Notes: a model not told the origin generated them from the sequence alone. A stretch of 64,000 bases of DNA from Candidatus Hodarchaeota archaeon (GCA_048887165.1 JBHLJZ010000006.1:8210-72209), one strand, 5' to 3'. Positions 17,719 to 27,785 are shown, counted from the first letter of the stretch. Translations and numbers: made by a program.

Positions 17719-19619
17719 TGAACTTTTTCGGATTCACAGGTAAAATTTTAGACGTTAATTTAACTGACAATAAGATTATCTCATATCAAGAAGATATTGA
17801 GGACCTAAAGCGATTCATAGGAGGAATGGGGATGAATTGTCTTTTAGGCAGTCGAGTTTTGAAACCGGAGAGCGATCCGCTTTGTCCTGAAAATTATATT
17901 ATTTTGGGAGCAGGTCCTTTAGTAGGAACAATTACACCAGGTGCTTCTCGCATTGTTGGATTATCAAAATTTCCTGCAACTGGAGCAATAGCTAATTCAT
18001 GTGGAAGCATGAGTTTTGGTTTAAACCTAAAACTCTCAGGTTATGATCACATAATAATTTCAGGTAAATCAGAAAAACCATGCTATTTAGTGATTTTAGA
18101 TGATTATGTTGAAATTTTAGATGCTAAACAATTCTGGGGTAAAGACATTACTGAGACTACCAATTATTTCTGGAAAAAATATAAAAATAGTAGTGTAATT
18201 GCTATAGGTCAAGCAGGGGAAAATCTAGTTTATGGTGCTTTAACATTAATAGATAAGACATCAACATTTGGTCGAGGGGGATTAGGAGCAGTTATGGGTT
18301 CAAAACTTCTTAAGGGAATAGTAGTTAAAGGAACCGAAGATATAGAAATAGCAAATCCTCAACAATTTAAGAATTTATATGAAAAACAAATTAAGAGAAT
18401 AAAAGATTATCCCCATCGAGAATCATGGATTGAATTGGGAATGCTAAGAAATCTACCAGTAAACATAATGTTATATGCTAAAGGGGAAAAGACTAAAGCA
18501 AGAGAAACTAGTGAAAAATTTTATATAAAAAAGCTAAAAAAAAGACGTTTGGCTTGCCCATCTTGTCCAATGGGAGACAAAGACATCCTTGAAATTAAAG
18601 ATGGTGAATTTAACGGATTAATTACTTACACATCATCAGTTATTAATCCATTTATGATGCTAATAGTTGATGGCATAGACACCTCATACCAGGCAGTAAA
18701 AATTTTCGACTTAATTAGTAGATACGGATTAGATTCACTTACAATAACTTCATTGTTTGATTATTTAAGTAGATTATATGAAAAGGGTATTCTTACTAAA
18801 GAAAGGGTTGGCTTTGAATGGAATCGAGATTACAAAACTTTAACGAAATTAATTGAAATAATAGTGCATAGAGAAGGATTTGGGAATATATTAGCTAATG
18901 GTTGGAAAGATTTAGCTGAAATTAATCAAAAATTTGCGGAAGAAATGTATATAGTTAAAGGTTTAGATATTATTTGGGAACCTAGACTTACAAAACTAGG
19001 AACAATGGAATTTGAGCAAGTAGTAAATCCTAAAGGTGCTCACGTGGCTTCTGGCGGTTCACCAACATATGTTGGTGCGGCGAGTAGTATAGAAAAATTT
19101 AAAACACATTTTAAAAGAATGGGAATACCGGATTATGCTGTTAATCGTATTTTTTCTCCGCCTCGCGAAGCGATGGGTGTGAATGTTGGTAGATTAACCC
19201 GATATTCTGAGGATTGGTATACTGTTTTAACTAGTCTAGGATTATGTGTTCGAGCACAGATGAATCGTTTTTGGGGAATAGAACTAGTTACTGAGTTTTA
19301 TAATGCTGTAACTGGCTTTGATCTAAATTCTAGAGAATTAATAAAATCTGCTGAGCGTTGTTGGAATTTACTAAAGCTCATGAATATTAAGGCTGGTTTT
19401 TCTCGAAAAGATGATAAATTTCCCCAAGGTTGGTTCAAATTGCTAAAGTATGGCGATCAGAATCTCGAATTTAAAGATTTTTTTGGGGGGACAATTATCA
19501 CTAAAGAAATTGCTGATCAATTACTTGATGATTATTATGATGAGAGGGGTTGGAACAAAGACACTGGCTTACCCTCTCATGAAAAGATAAAAGAATTAGG
19601 TTTGGAGAAAAATCTTTGA
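17718..19619 (+). CDS. Aldehyde:ferredoxin oxidoreductase family protein (divergent paralogue)
   Basis: 633 aa with GKILDVNLTD, GLGAVMGSKLLKGIVVKG and an AOR-family C-terminal domain. The cluster motif is CPSCPMGD (CxxCxxxD) instead of CxxCxxxC. Confidence 0.85.
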   Translation: MNFFGFTGKILDVNLTDNKIISYQEDIEDLKRFIGGMGMNCLLGSRVLKPESDPLCPENYIILGAGPLVGTITPGASRIVGLSKFPATGAIANSCGSMSFGLNLKLSGYDHIIISGKSEKPCYLVILDDYVEILDAKQFWGKDITETTNYFWKKYKNSSVIAIGQAGENLVYGALTLIDKTSTFGRGGLGAVMGSKLLKGIVVKGTEDIEIANPQQFKNLYEKQIKRIKDYPHRESWIELGMLRNLPVNIMLYAKGEKTKARETSEKFYIKKLKKRRLACPSCPMGDKDILEIKDGEFNGLITYTSSVINPFMMLIVDGIDTSYQAVKIFDLISRYGLDSLTITSLFDYLSRLYEKGILTKERVGFEWNRDYKTLTKLIEIIVHREGFGNILANGWKDLAEINQKFAEEMYIVKGLDIIWEPRLTKLGTMEFEQVVNPKGAHVASGGSPTYVGAASSIEKFKTHFKRMGIPDYAVNRIFSPPREAMGVNVGRLTRYSEDWYTVLTSLGLCVRAQMNRFWGIELVTEFYNAVTGFDLNSRELIKSAERCWNLLKLMNIKAGFSRKDDKFPQGWFKLLKYGDQNLEFKDFFGGTIITKEIADQLLDDYYDERGWNKDTGLPSHEKIKELGLEKNL

Positions 19620-19722
19620 AATTAAGATCAATTTCGTAAAAATCAATAATTTAATTCTCTTTTTATATTTGTTTTTATTGATCTAAAATAAATTTAAAAA
19701 TTAATTCAAATTTCGAGACTTA

Positions 19723-21222
19723 ATGGAATTATCTCCAGAAATTATTTATAAAAGTTATATTAATAATGAATTAGATAAGACATCAACTATTAATCAATTA
19801 ATTTCATTAATAGATAATAGTGATGATCTCCTTACTCGAGTTAAAAGTATTAAAACCCTAAATAAAATCAAACCAACAGATGATCGAGCATTTCATGTTT
19901 TAGAAAATTTGCTTGTCTCAGATTCACATAAAGAGATCAGATATGAAGCGGCTAGAGGTATAAAAAACAACTTTTTAAATAGATCCTTAGAACCGATAAA
20001 ATGGGTGTTTGCCCATGAAAAATCACTTAAATGTCTTTTAATTATTACTGAAATTATTGGAGAATTCAACACCTCATTTTCCAAATCTCTTTTAATTGAA
20101 AAAATAAACCAGTTTGATAATGATCAATTCAAAAAAAGCATAGAAGATTTAGGTAAAAAAGATAATTTAGAATATTTATCAGGAAAAAAATTATCAAAAA
20201 TTGTTCAAAATCAATTAATTATCGATTATTTAGAAAATAAGTTTGGTCAGGTTAATTACAAACTACACAATGGGATAATAACTCAATTAGATCTATCTGA
20301 CATTAGCACTCATATTTTTGGATGGCGAGTTCTTAAGAAATTTCCTTTTTTTTTGAAATATTTGAATTCAATTAAGATTTTAGATTTAAAATTTAATAGA
20401 TTATCAATTATCCCTAAATCTATAGGGAATCTTAATTCTCTAGTATATTTAGATTTGAGTTATAACAAAATTGAAAATCTACCTTCTTCAATAGGATTTT
20501 TAACATCACTAGAATTCTTAAATTTAAGATATAATAAATTAAGCAAATTACCACACTCAATAGGGGATCTTAAAAAGCTAAAAAAGTTAGACTTAAGATC
20601 AAATAATTTAAAAACTCTCCCCAAAACAATTAAAAAGTTATCTCAACTAAAGATTCTTGATTTACATGGTAATAAGTTAGATAATATAATCTCAAACTTT
20701 AAAGGGCTCTCCTCTCTTGAAGAATTAGAATTAGGTTTAAACAATTTGACTAAATTACCTGAAAGTTTAAAATCAATAAAATCATTAAAAAAACTTGGGC
20801 TCGGAGGAAATAGATTAAAAAGACTCTCAAATTGGATTTGTTCCTTTAAAAAGCTCGAAATTTTACAACTATATGATAATAAACTTATAGAACTTCCTAA
20901 AACTATAGGAAACTTAAGTTCACTTAAAACCTTAGTCTTATGGAATAATAACTTAGAGTCATTACCAAAATCATTTAGTTCACTATATAATCTTAAATCT
21001 TTGAATTTAAGTTGGAATAACTTTACTAAATTGCCTGAATGGATAGAATCGCTAAGATCATTAGAAGAATTGAGTTTATGGGGAAATAAATTAAATAGTC
21101 TTCCACAATCAATGGCAAATCTAAACTCGCTAAAAATTTTGGATTTAAATTTTACTTTTATTATCGATATTCCTGACTTCTTAAGAGATTTAGAAAAGAA
21201 AGGATTAGTGATATATAAATAG
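19723..21222 (+). CDS. HEAT-like repeat + leucine-rich repeat protein (paralogue 2)
   Basis: 499 aa with the same architecture as 15911-17413 (VSDSHKEIRYEAARGIKNNF, about 12 LRRs, C-terminal LRDLEKKGLVIYK). Confidence 0.85.
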   Translation: MELSPEIIYKSYINNELDKTSTINQLISLIDNSDDLLTRVKSIKTLNKIKPTDDRAFHVLENLLVSDSHKEIRYEAARGIKNNFLNRSLEPIKWVFAHEKSLKCLLIITEIIGEFNTSFSKSLLIEKINQFDNDQFKKSIEDLGKKDNLEYLSGKKLSKIVQNQLIIDYLENKFGQVNYKLHNGIITQLDLSDISTHIFGWRVLKKFPFFLKYLNSIKILDLKFNRLSIIPKSIGNLNSLVYLDLSYNKIENLPSSIGFLTSLEFLNLRYNKLSKLPHSIGDLKKLKKLDLRSNNLKTLPKTIKKLSQLKILDLHGNKLDNIISNFKGLSSLEELELGLNNLTKLPESLKSIKSLKKLGLGGNRLKRLSNWICSFKKLEILQLYDNKLIELPKTIGNLSSLKTLVLWNNNLESLPKSFSSLYNLKSLNLSWNNFTKLPEWIESLRSLEELSLWGNKLNSLPQSMANLNSLKILDLNFTFIIDIPDFLRDLEKKGLVIYK

Positions 21223-21255
21223 AATTTTGATAAAAATTAAAAACTAAGATTTGGT

Positions 21256-22635
21256 ATGGAATTAACACCTAAAAAAATTTACGAGGATTTCTTTAACAAA
21301 ATTATTGATAAAGTCTCAGCAATTGAACAATTATCAACTTTAATTGAAAACAGTAACAATATTAATATCCGAGTCAAAAGCATTGAGTATTTAGAAAAAA
21401 TTGGAAAAATTGGTGACAATTCAAATAATAAAGAAGAGAATTTATTTAACCTATTCGAAAACTTGTTGATTTCAGATTCAAGTGATAAAATACGAAATAT
21501 TGCTGCTACTTTTCTAAAAACTAACTTCCTTGAAAAATCATTTGAACCAATGATCTGGGCACTTCATCATGAATCATCACCCAATTGCTTAAAAGTTATT
21601 TTTGAATCACTTATTGGTATCATAAATCAATCAATAAAGAAAGAAGATGATATCTCAAAAGTAAATTTATTTAATAAAATAAAACAAATAAATGAAAAGG
21701 CTTTTAGAATAGATATTGAGTTATGGTGCGAAGGAAAACAAGAGGATGAGATTACAATCAAAGAAATAGCTGAAATTTTAATTAATTATTTCTGTTTAAT
21801 TTATTTACAGAAAACTGTATGGCGTTTAAAATTTTCAATTGAAAATTGCAGAATTGTCCAATTAGATTTTATTTTTAAGGGATTAACTAAATTGCCAGAA
21901 GCTATAAAGCACCTCAATTCTCTTAAAGTCTTAATATTGAGGTATAATCAACTTACTATCCTTCCAGATTGGATTGGTTCTTTAAATTCTCTAGAATCGT
22001 TAAATCTCAATGTAAATAACATAATAGAACTCCCAAAAACTATTGGTTCCCTAACTTCTCTCAAAGAGTTGCTCTTATGGAAGAATGAACTTAATTTTCT
22101 ACCAGACTCAATTGGATTAATGATTTCTTTAGAAAAACTGAATCTAAGATTAAATCAATTAATTGAATTACCCTCAAATTTTGGAAATCTATCATACCTT
22201 AAGGAATTAAATCTTCATGACAATAAGTTGGTCTCTATTCCAGAAACGATAGGTTTACTCTCCTCCTTAGAAATACTTAATCTAAGTTGGAATGAATTAA
22301 AAAAGATTCCAAATACTATAGGGGCACTATCTTCGTTGAAATCTCTAGATTTAGAAAGGAACGAATTATTATCCATCCCGTTATCAATTGGAAATTTAAG
22401 TTCATTAAAAGTGTTAAATCTTAGTGATAATAAGTTAAAAAAAATCCCAAAAACTCTTGGAAACCTGAAAAATTTGGAAATTTTAAACCTTTCCAGAAAT
22501 AATATTACTGAATTGCCTGAAACAATAAAGTTATTAACTTCACTAAAAGAAATTTATTTAGGAGAAAATAATTTTAAGAGTATTCCGAGAGATTTAAAAG
22601 AATTAGAAAGAAAAGGTTTAAAGATTTTTTATTGA
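21256..22635 (+). CDS. HEAT-like repeat + leucine-rich repeat protein (paralogue 3)
   Basis: 459 aa with the same architecture (ISDSSDKIRNIAATFLKTNF, AEILINYF linker motif, about 10 LRRs, C-terminal LKELERKGLKIFY). Confidence 0.85.
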   Translation: MELTPKKIYEDFFNKIIDKVSAIEQLSTLIENSNNINIRVKSIEYLEKIGKIGDNSNNKEENLFNLFENLLISDSSDKIRNIAATFLKTNFLEKSFEPMIWALHHESSPNCLKVIFESLIGIINQSIKKEDDISKVNLFNKIKQINEKAFRIDIELWCEGKQEDEITIKEIAEILINYFCLIYLQKTVWRLKFSIENCRIVQLDFIFKGLTKLPEAIKHLNSLKVLILRYNQLTILPDWIGSLNSLESLNLNVNNIIELPKTIGSLTSLKELLLWKNELNFLPDSIGLMISLEKLNLRLNQLIELPSNFGNLSYLKELNLHDNKLVSIPETIGLLSSLEILNLSWNELKKIPNTIGALSSLKSLDLERNELLSIPLSIGNLSSLKVLNLSDNKLKKIPKTLGNLKNLEILNLSRNNITELPETIKLLTSLKEIYLGENNFKSIPRDLKELERKGLKIFY

Positions 22636-22636
22636 T

Positions 22637-24394
22637 TTATTGTGTTTCATATAACTTTTTTATTTCCTCCACTGTAGTTATATCTTTTGGACCTTTATCT
22701 GGTCTTATTCTTTGAAAAACAGGAAACCTTAGAGAATATCCCAATGAAGAGAATTTATCACTAACCGTAATCTCATCTCCGATGATCTCTATAACTAATT
22801 CTGGTTTCAACCACTGATCTGGTTTGTCATCACAAATAACACTTGGATGCTTTTTTTCTATTTCAAAATTCTTCATCTCTTCCTTTAAATTTTCCATTAT
22901 TTCATCGGTCCAACCAGAAGCTATTCGAGTGAATGCCTCAAATTTATTATTTTCAGGATCAAAAACAGCCCCTATATACGTTCCATAAACACCTTTTCTT
23001 CTGCCCCTCCCATAAAAAGCTCCAACTAAAACGACATCTATTGAATCTTTTAATTTTCCACCTTCTAATCCCTTTAATTTAAGCCATTTATAACCCCGAT
23101 TTCCTGCTTGATAAAAAGAATCATCTTTGATTGATTTTGCCATGATTCCTTCAGTTCCATTTTCCCTTGCCTCATTGAAAAAATCTAGTAGTTCATCAAC
23201 TGAATGTATTAAAACTGATTTAACTAACCGCAATTCATCTGTTTCATCAACAATTTCTTCAAGCTTTTTTCGACGAATAGGTAAAGATTTGTCAATATAA
23301 GACAAATCTTCAAATTTTAAAAGATCAAAAACAAAAAGACAAACAGGTACTTCTTTTGAAATATCTTCCACATCATATTTTCTTCTTCGCTTGCTCAACA
23401 CTTGAAATGGAAGCATTTTCTCATAAAAGGGATCCATAGCAACAACTTCTCCTTCAAATATTACATTTGTTGCTTTAATATTCTCCCTAACTTTTAGACA
23501 AACATCAGGATACTGATCTGAGATATCTAATAAGCGTCTTGAAAACAGAATAATATCATCTCCCTTTTTATGGATCTGTAATCTTTCTCCATCTAATTTA
23601 TATTCAGCTACAAATGGAACTCCTAATCTATTGATAAATTCTGTATAATTTTCTCTTGATGCCAACATACTTAATAAAGGAACACCATATTCAATATCAA
23701 TGGAGCTTAACTCTTCCAAACCCTTTTCTGCTAAGAGTTTTGTAATCTCTCCAAGATCAGGGTATAAAGTATAAGCTCGTTCAATAATATCTTTATTATC
23801 TTTTGTACCTGTGAAAGCAAGTGCTAATCCTTCTATAATTGTAGGAGATTGAATACCAACTCTTAGTGTTGATGTAATGATTCGTAGCAAGAATTTTGTT
23901 TCTAATGGAGAACATTTTCTCATCAATCCTCTTAAGATCCCAAGTTTTATATCGTGAGAACCGGAACCCTCTGTTAAAGCTATCTTTTTTAATTCTGAAT
24001 AAAGCTCAGAAATCTCTAAAGATGTTTCCCTAAACTCATCAGAATCATGAAAATCAAATAACGACTTTTGGGTTTTCTTTTTAGATAAAATCAATTCAGC
24101 TGTAATTCCAATATCTCCCTTTTTTAATAAAACTTCCTTGATTTTCTTAGGATCGATACCAGAATGTAAAGATAATGCCTCGATAATCATTTTTTCAGCG
24201 ATTCCCATTTTAGGAAACTGTTTAATATTTGAAACCAATTGACCTTGTAACAAGTAGATAATTTTATCAATATCGTCAAAGGTTGCACTTTCCTTTATTT
24301 CTCTAAAAAATTTAGATAAAATATCAATCATTTCGAGCCTTTTCGACGTGCTCTCCAATTTGGAAAATAGAATTGCTAGCTTTTTGAATTTCAT
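22637..24394 (-). CDS. lig: ATP-dependent DNA ligase (Lig1-type)
   Basis: 585 aa with the adenylation motif I AEYKLDGERLQIH, plus EGEVVA, EGIMAK and WLKLK motifs. It has an N-terminal DNA-binding domain and a C-terminal OB domain. Confidence 0.9.
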   Translation of the reverse strand: MKFKKLAILFSKLESTSKRLEMIDILSKFFREIKESATFDDIDKIIYLLQGQLVSNIKQFPKMGIAEKMIIEALSLHSGIDPKKIKEVLLKKGDIGITAELILSKKKTQKSLFDFHDSDEFRETSLEISELYSELKKIALTEGSGSHDIKLGILRGLMRKCSPLETKFLLRIITSTLRVGIQSPTIIEGLALAFTGTKDNKDIIERAYTLYPDLGEITKLLAEKGLEELSSIDIEYGVPLLSMLASRENYTEFINRLGVPFVAEYKLDGERLQIHKKGDDIILFSRRLLDISDQYPDVCLKVRENIKATNVIFEGEVVAMDPFYEKMLPFQVLSKRRRKYDVEDISKEVPVCLFVFDLLKFEDLSYIDKSLPIRRKKLEEIVDETDELRLVKSVLIHSVDELLDFFNEARENGTEGIMAKSIKDDSFYQAGNRGYKWLKLKGLEGGKLKDSIDVVLVGAFYGRGRRKGVYGTYIGAVFDPENNKFEAFTRIASGWTDEIMENLKEEMKNFEIEKKHPSVICDDKPDQWLKPELVIEIIGDEITVSDKFSSLGYSLRFPVFQRIRPDKGPKDITTVEEIKKLYETQ

Positions 24395-24510
24395 CTTGAT
24401 TCTTAAAAAATTTCTTTTTTCTAAATATAGAATTAAGTGCTTACTCTTAATAAATATTAAAAAAGCTCTTAATTTAAATTCAGATATTAAAAAAAATTAG
24501 AAAAAAAGAA

Positions 24511-25299
24511 TTATATTAATTTCGAAAGTTCTACAAATTTCTTTTGGATTTCTGTTTTTACATTCGTTGAGATCCCCTTAAAAGAATCTGCCGAAAATGA
24601 AATCTTAGAACCTTCCTTTATAGAGAATTGGCAAATTGGACCATCCATCATTTCAACAGCATAACTCCCATCATCTTTTTTTGAAACCCAAATATCATCG
24701 TAGTGATCCATTATACCCATTAATACAAATGCTATTTTTGCTTCAGTTCTTAGATCTGGTTTTTCAACTCTCTCTAGTTTGGGAGCTTCTACCTTTACTT
24801 CTAATGGTGCAGGTTCAGGTTTTACAATAGGCTCAGGTTGTACAATAGGCTTAGGTTTAGAAGCGGGTTCAGGCTTAATAACAGGTTCGGGTTTAGGTTT
24901 TTCTTTAACTACAGGTTTAATAGCTGGTTTTTCAGCTTCTCTTAATTCAAATGTAACTACATAATTATCTAATTCTTTATAATCTCGGTTTAAAAGTGCT
25001 TGGAGATCTTTATTTAATTCATCGGTAATAGGATCTCTACCGATTTTTCTTTGGTCTATTTCCTTGATGTATTTAATATCACGTCCTATAATACTTTTTC
25101 CAACTTGATAACCATGGCCTTTAAGGGATTCAGCTTGTCTTAAGGCAGTTCTTCTTGCTACTAGTCCCTGACTACTACCATACCATAACCAAACTACTTG
25201 ATTAGTTTCGTCTAAAATAATAATTGATCGATCAGGTGTTAAATTATCCATATTCCAAATAATTGGTTCGCTAACACCTCCTTCTAGAACATCAAACAT
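24511..25299 (-). CDS. Gelsolin-like domain protein with a Pro/Lys/Glu-rich linker and an unknown C-terminal domain
   Basis: 262 aa. The N-terminus, PIIWNMDNLTPDRSIIILDETNQVVWLWYGSSQGLVARRTALRQAESL, follows the gelsolin-repeat pattern (IW.i.n...yILD....iy.W.G..a...e...A...A..L). The KPEP-type linker spans aa ~125-175. Domain call made by eye only. Confidence 0.45.
   Translation of the reverse strand: MFDVLEGGVSEPIIWNMDNLTPDRSIIILDETNQVVWLWYGSSQGLVARRTALRQAESLKGHGYQVGKSIIGRDIKYIKEIDQRKIGRDPITDELNKDLQALLNRDYKELDNYVVTFELREAEKPAIKPVVKEKPKPEPVIKPEPASKPKPIVQPEPIVKPEPAPLEVKVEAPKLERVEKPDLRTEAKIAFVLMGIMDHYDDIWVSKKDDGSYAVEMMDGPICQFSIKEGSKISFSADSFKGISTNVKTEIQKKFVELSKLI
24774..24927 (-). repeat. Imperfect short tandem repeats encoding a (K/E)P-rich linker (KPVVKEKPKPEPVIKPEPASKPKPIVQPEPIVKPEPAP)
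   Basis: Reiterated aaacctgaacc-like units are visible in the DNA, and low-complexity P/K/E/V in the protein. They also create spurious plus-strand ORFs at 24636-24830 and 24779-24964. Confidence 0.6.
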
Positions 25300-25478
25300 A
25301 AGCGCAAATGAAGTAATATCTATCTCAACTCTACTAGTAATTTGAAATCATATTATTATAAAAAAAATAGGTTTGATCAATTTAAAAATTAAGTTTTTAC
25401 ATAATTTTTTAAACAATATTAATTAAGTTCAGAATCTTAGATTTATTAAATCATATATTACAATAATAGATGTGATGA

Positions 25479-26468
25479 TTGATGAATGAGAATATTTTAA
25501 AACTCACGCTTCCTAAAGGGAGTTTACAAGAAGAGATTTCATCATTTTTTGAGCGTGCAGGATTAAAATTATCTTTTTCATCAAATAGGGATTATAGACC
25601 TGCTGTAGAAGATCCCGAAATTTATATTAAACTATTAAGACCTCAAGAAATCCCCAATTATTTAATTGATCAAGATGAATTTGATTTAGGAATCTCTGGA
25701 AGGGATTGGGTTAAAGAAACAAGCGCTGATGTAGAAATTCTCTTGGATTTAGAAATTGGAAAGGTAAATATTGTACTAAGTGTGCCGAATAGATGGGATC
25801 AAATAAACTCGCTTGATGATTTAATACAGAAATTTTCGGAAGATAAAAAAGTTCTAAGAATTTCCACTGAGTATTTAACACTTTCATTGAACTATTTAAA
25901 AGATAATGAAACTTATAAAAAAATATATGGTGATAAAGCACCATTAGTGATAACACCTTGGAAATCTTGGGGGGAAAATGAAAAAGTTAAGATTTTTTTA
26001 TCTTTTGGCGCAACTGAAGCAAAACCACCTGAAGAAGTCGATGTTATTATTGATAATACTCAAACTGGAACTACATTAAGAGCTAATAACTTAAAAATTA
26101 TCGAAATTATTGATACTTCTACTGCGGTTTTAATTGCTAATAAACATGCCCTTAAGGATAATTGGAAAAAAGAAAAAATTAAAGATATTGTAGTACTTCT
26201 TATGGGAGTAATCGAAGCTTCAAAGAAATTACACATATTTATGAACGTTAAGGAAGAAAATCTAAATAAAATTTTATCAGAGCTTCCTGCTTTAAAGCGT
26301 CCTACTGTATCAAAATTGGCTAGAACAGATTTTGATGAATGGTATGCAGTTAATACAATCATTAAAAAAGAAGAATTTTTAAATTTAATACCTCTTTTAA
26401 GAAAATTCGCTCAAGGTTTAGTAGTCCATGAACCTCGACAAATACTTCCATTAGAAAAAATTAAGTAA
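25479..26468 (+). CDS. hisG: ATP phosphoribosyltransferase
   Basis: 329 aa with LTLPKGSLQEE...AGL, LLRPQEIPNYL..DEFDLGISGRDWV and IIDNTQTGTTLRANNLKIIE, typical of HisG. It directly abuts hisD. Confidence 0.85.
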   Translation: MMNENILKLTLPKGSLQEEISSFFERAGLKLSFSSNRDYRPAVEDPEIYIKLLRPQEIPNYLIDQDEFDLGISGRDWVKETSADVEILLDLEIGKVNIVLSVPNRWDQINSLDDLIQKFSEDKKVLRISTEYLTLSLNYLKDNETYKKIYGDKAPLVITPWKSWGENEKVKIFLSFGATEAKPPEEVDVIIDNTQTGTTLRANNLKIIEIIDTSTAVLIANKHALKDNWKKEKIKDIVVLLMGVIEASKKLHIFMNVKEENLNKILSELPALKRPTVSKLARTDFDEWYAVNTIIKKEEFLNLIPLLRKFAQGLVVHEPRQILPLEKIK

Positions 26469-27785
26469 TTGGAAGATGAGTTTTTAATGTTACCAAAAAT
26501 TATCAATTCAGATTTAATCTCAGAAGATGAAATAGATAAATTAATTCCTAGAAGCATAGATAATGAGGAAATCAAAAACAAAGTCTTAGAAATCATCAAT
26601 AAAGTTAAACATTTAGGAGATTTGGCTATCATCAAATTTTCAAAAGAATTTGACGATATCGAATTACATGAAGAAGAGATAAAAGTATCCGAAGAAGAAA
26701 TTCAATTTGCTTATAAAGAAATTGATAATGAATTATTAGATTCATTAAGATATGCAAAAAAAAATCTTATATATTTTCATCGTGCTCAAAAGAAGGAATC
26801 ATGGTCTATTGAAGTTGAAAGGGGTGTTTTTGCAGGTCAAATATATCGTCCTTTAGAATCAGTTGGGATCTATATACCTGGCAGAAGAGCAATCTATCCT
26901 AGTACAGTATTGATGGCTGTTACTCCAGCATATATAGCTGGTGTTAAAAATATAACAATTTGTAGCCCACCTAAAAAAAATAAAAGAATTCCTTCTGAAA
27001 TTATTGTAGCAGCTGCTGAATTTGGATATAAAGATATTTATAAAGTAGGTGGTGCTCAAGCAATTGCTGCAATGGCTTATGGTACAAAAATCATACCAAA
27101 AGTTCAAAAGATTATTGGACCAGGAAATAAATGGGTGAATTTAGCAAAGCAATTATTATCTAATGTTGTAGCAATTGATACACCTGCTGGACCTTCTGAA
27201 ATATTAATTATTGCTGATCAGAACACAGATTATGAACTAGTTATTTTAGATTTAATATCACAAATCGAGCACGACCCAGATAATATTGGGATTTTGGTTA
27301 CAGATTCTAACGAGCTTATTGAAAAGGTGAAAAAAGAATTACCTCAGTTTGTTAATAGAAACAGTAGGAGAAAGATTATAAAAAAAGCTTTGGAAAAGAA
27401 ATCTCTAATTATAAAAGCAAAAGATTTAAAAGATTGCATAAGAGTGAGTAATTTGATTGCTCCTGAACACCTTGAAATCTTAATATTTAACCCTGATAGG
27501 ATAATTGATGATATAAATAATGCAGGTGCAATTTTTTTAGGGCCCTATTCACCAGTTTCAGTTGGAGATTATTGTGCGGGTACTAATCACATCCTTCCTA
27601 CAGGTGGTTATGCAAGAACATACTCAGGTTTAAATATTTACAATTTTCTTAAAATTATTGATGTTCTAAAATGTAGCGAACAGGGACTAGAGATTTTAAG
27701 CAGATCTGCTTTAAAACTTGCCGAATTTGAAGGTTTAATAGGACATAAAAAGTCAATTGAAAAAAGACTAAAAAAGAAAAATTAA
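26469..27785 (+). CDS. hisD: Histidinol dehydrogenase
   Basis: 438 aa with GGAQAIAAMAYGT..IPKVQKIIGPGNKWV..AK, SQIEHDP, APEHLEI and AGAIFLG.YSP...GDY.AGTNHILPT. The start is either the TTG at 26469 or the in-frame ATG at 26487. Confidence 0.9.
   Translation: MEDEFLMLPKIINSDLISEDEIDKLIPRSIDNEEIKNKVLEIINKVKHLGDLAIIKFSKEFDDIELHEEEIKVSEEEIQFAYKEIDNELLDSLRYAKKNLIYFHRAQKKESWSIEVERGVFAGQIYRPLESVGIYIPGRRAIYPSTVLMAVTPAYIAGVKNITICSPPKKNKRIPSEIIVAAAEFGYKDIYKVGGAQAIAAMAYGTKIIPKVQKIIGPGNKWVNLAKQLLSNVVAIDTPAGPSEILIIADQNTDYELVILDLISQIEHDPDNIGILVTDSNELIEKVKKELPQFVNRNSRRKIIKKALEKKSLIIKAKDLKDCIRVSNLIAPEHLEILIFNPDRIIDDINNAGAIFLGPYSPVSVGDYCAGTNHILPTGGYARTYSGLNIYNFLKIIDVLKCSEQGLEILSRSALKLAEFEGLIGHKKSIEKRLKKKN

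Noticed and set aside
16500-22600. Regular ~69-nt periodic repeats that could be mistaken for a CRISPR array or satellite
   Set aside because: The periodicity corresponds to the 23-codon LRR units inside long intact ORFs. The repeats are degenerate at the DNA level, and there is no repeat-spacer structure.
24636-24964. Plus-strand ORFs 24636-24830 and 24779-24964 (Gly/Ser/Leu-rich)
   Set aside because: They are artefacts of the KPEP-encoding repeat on the minus strand. Read in reverse complement, the repeat gives GSG/GLG low-complexity peptides.
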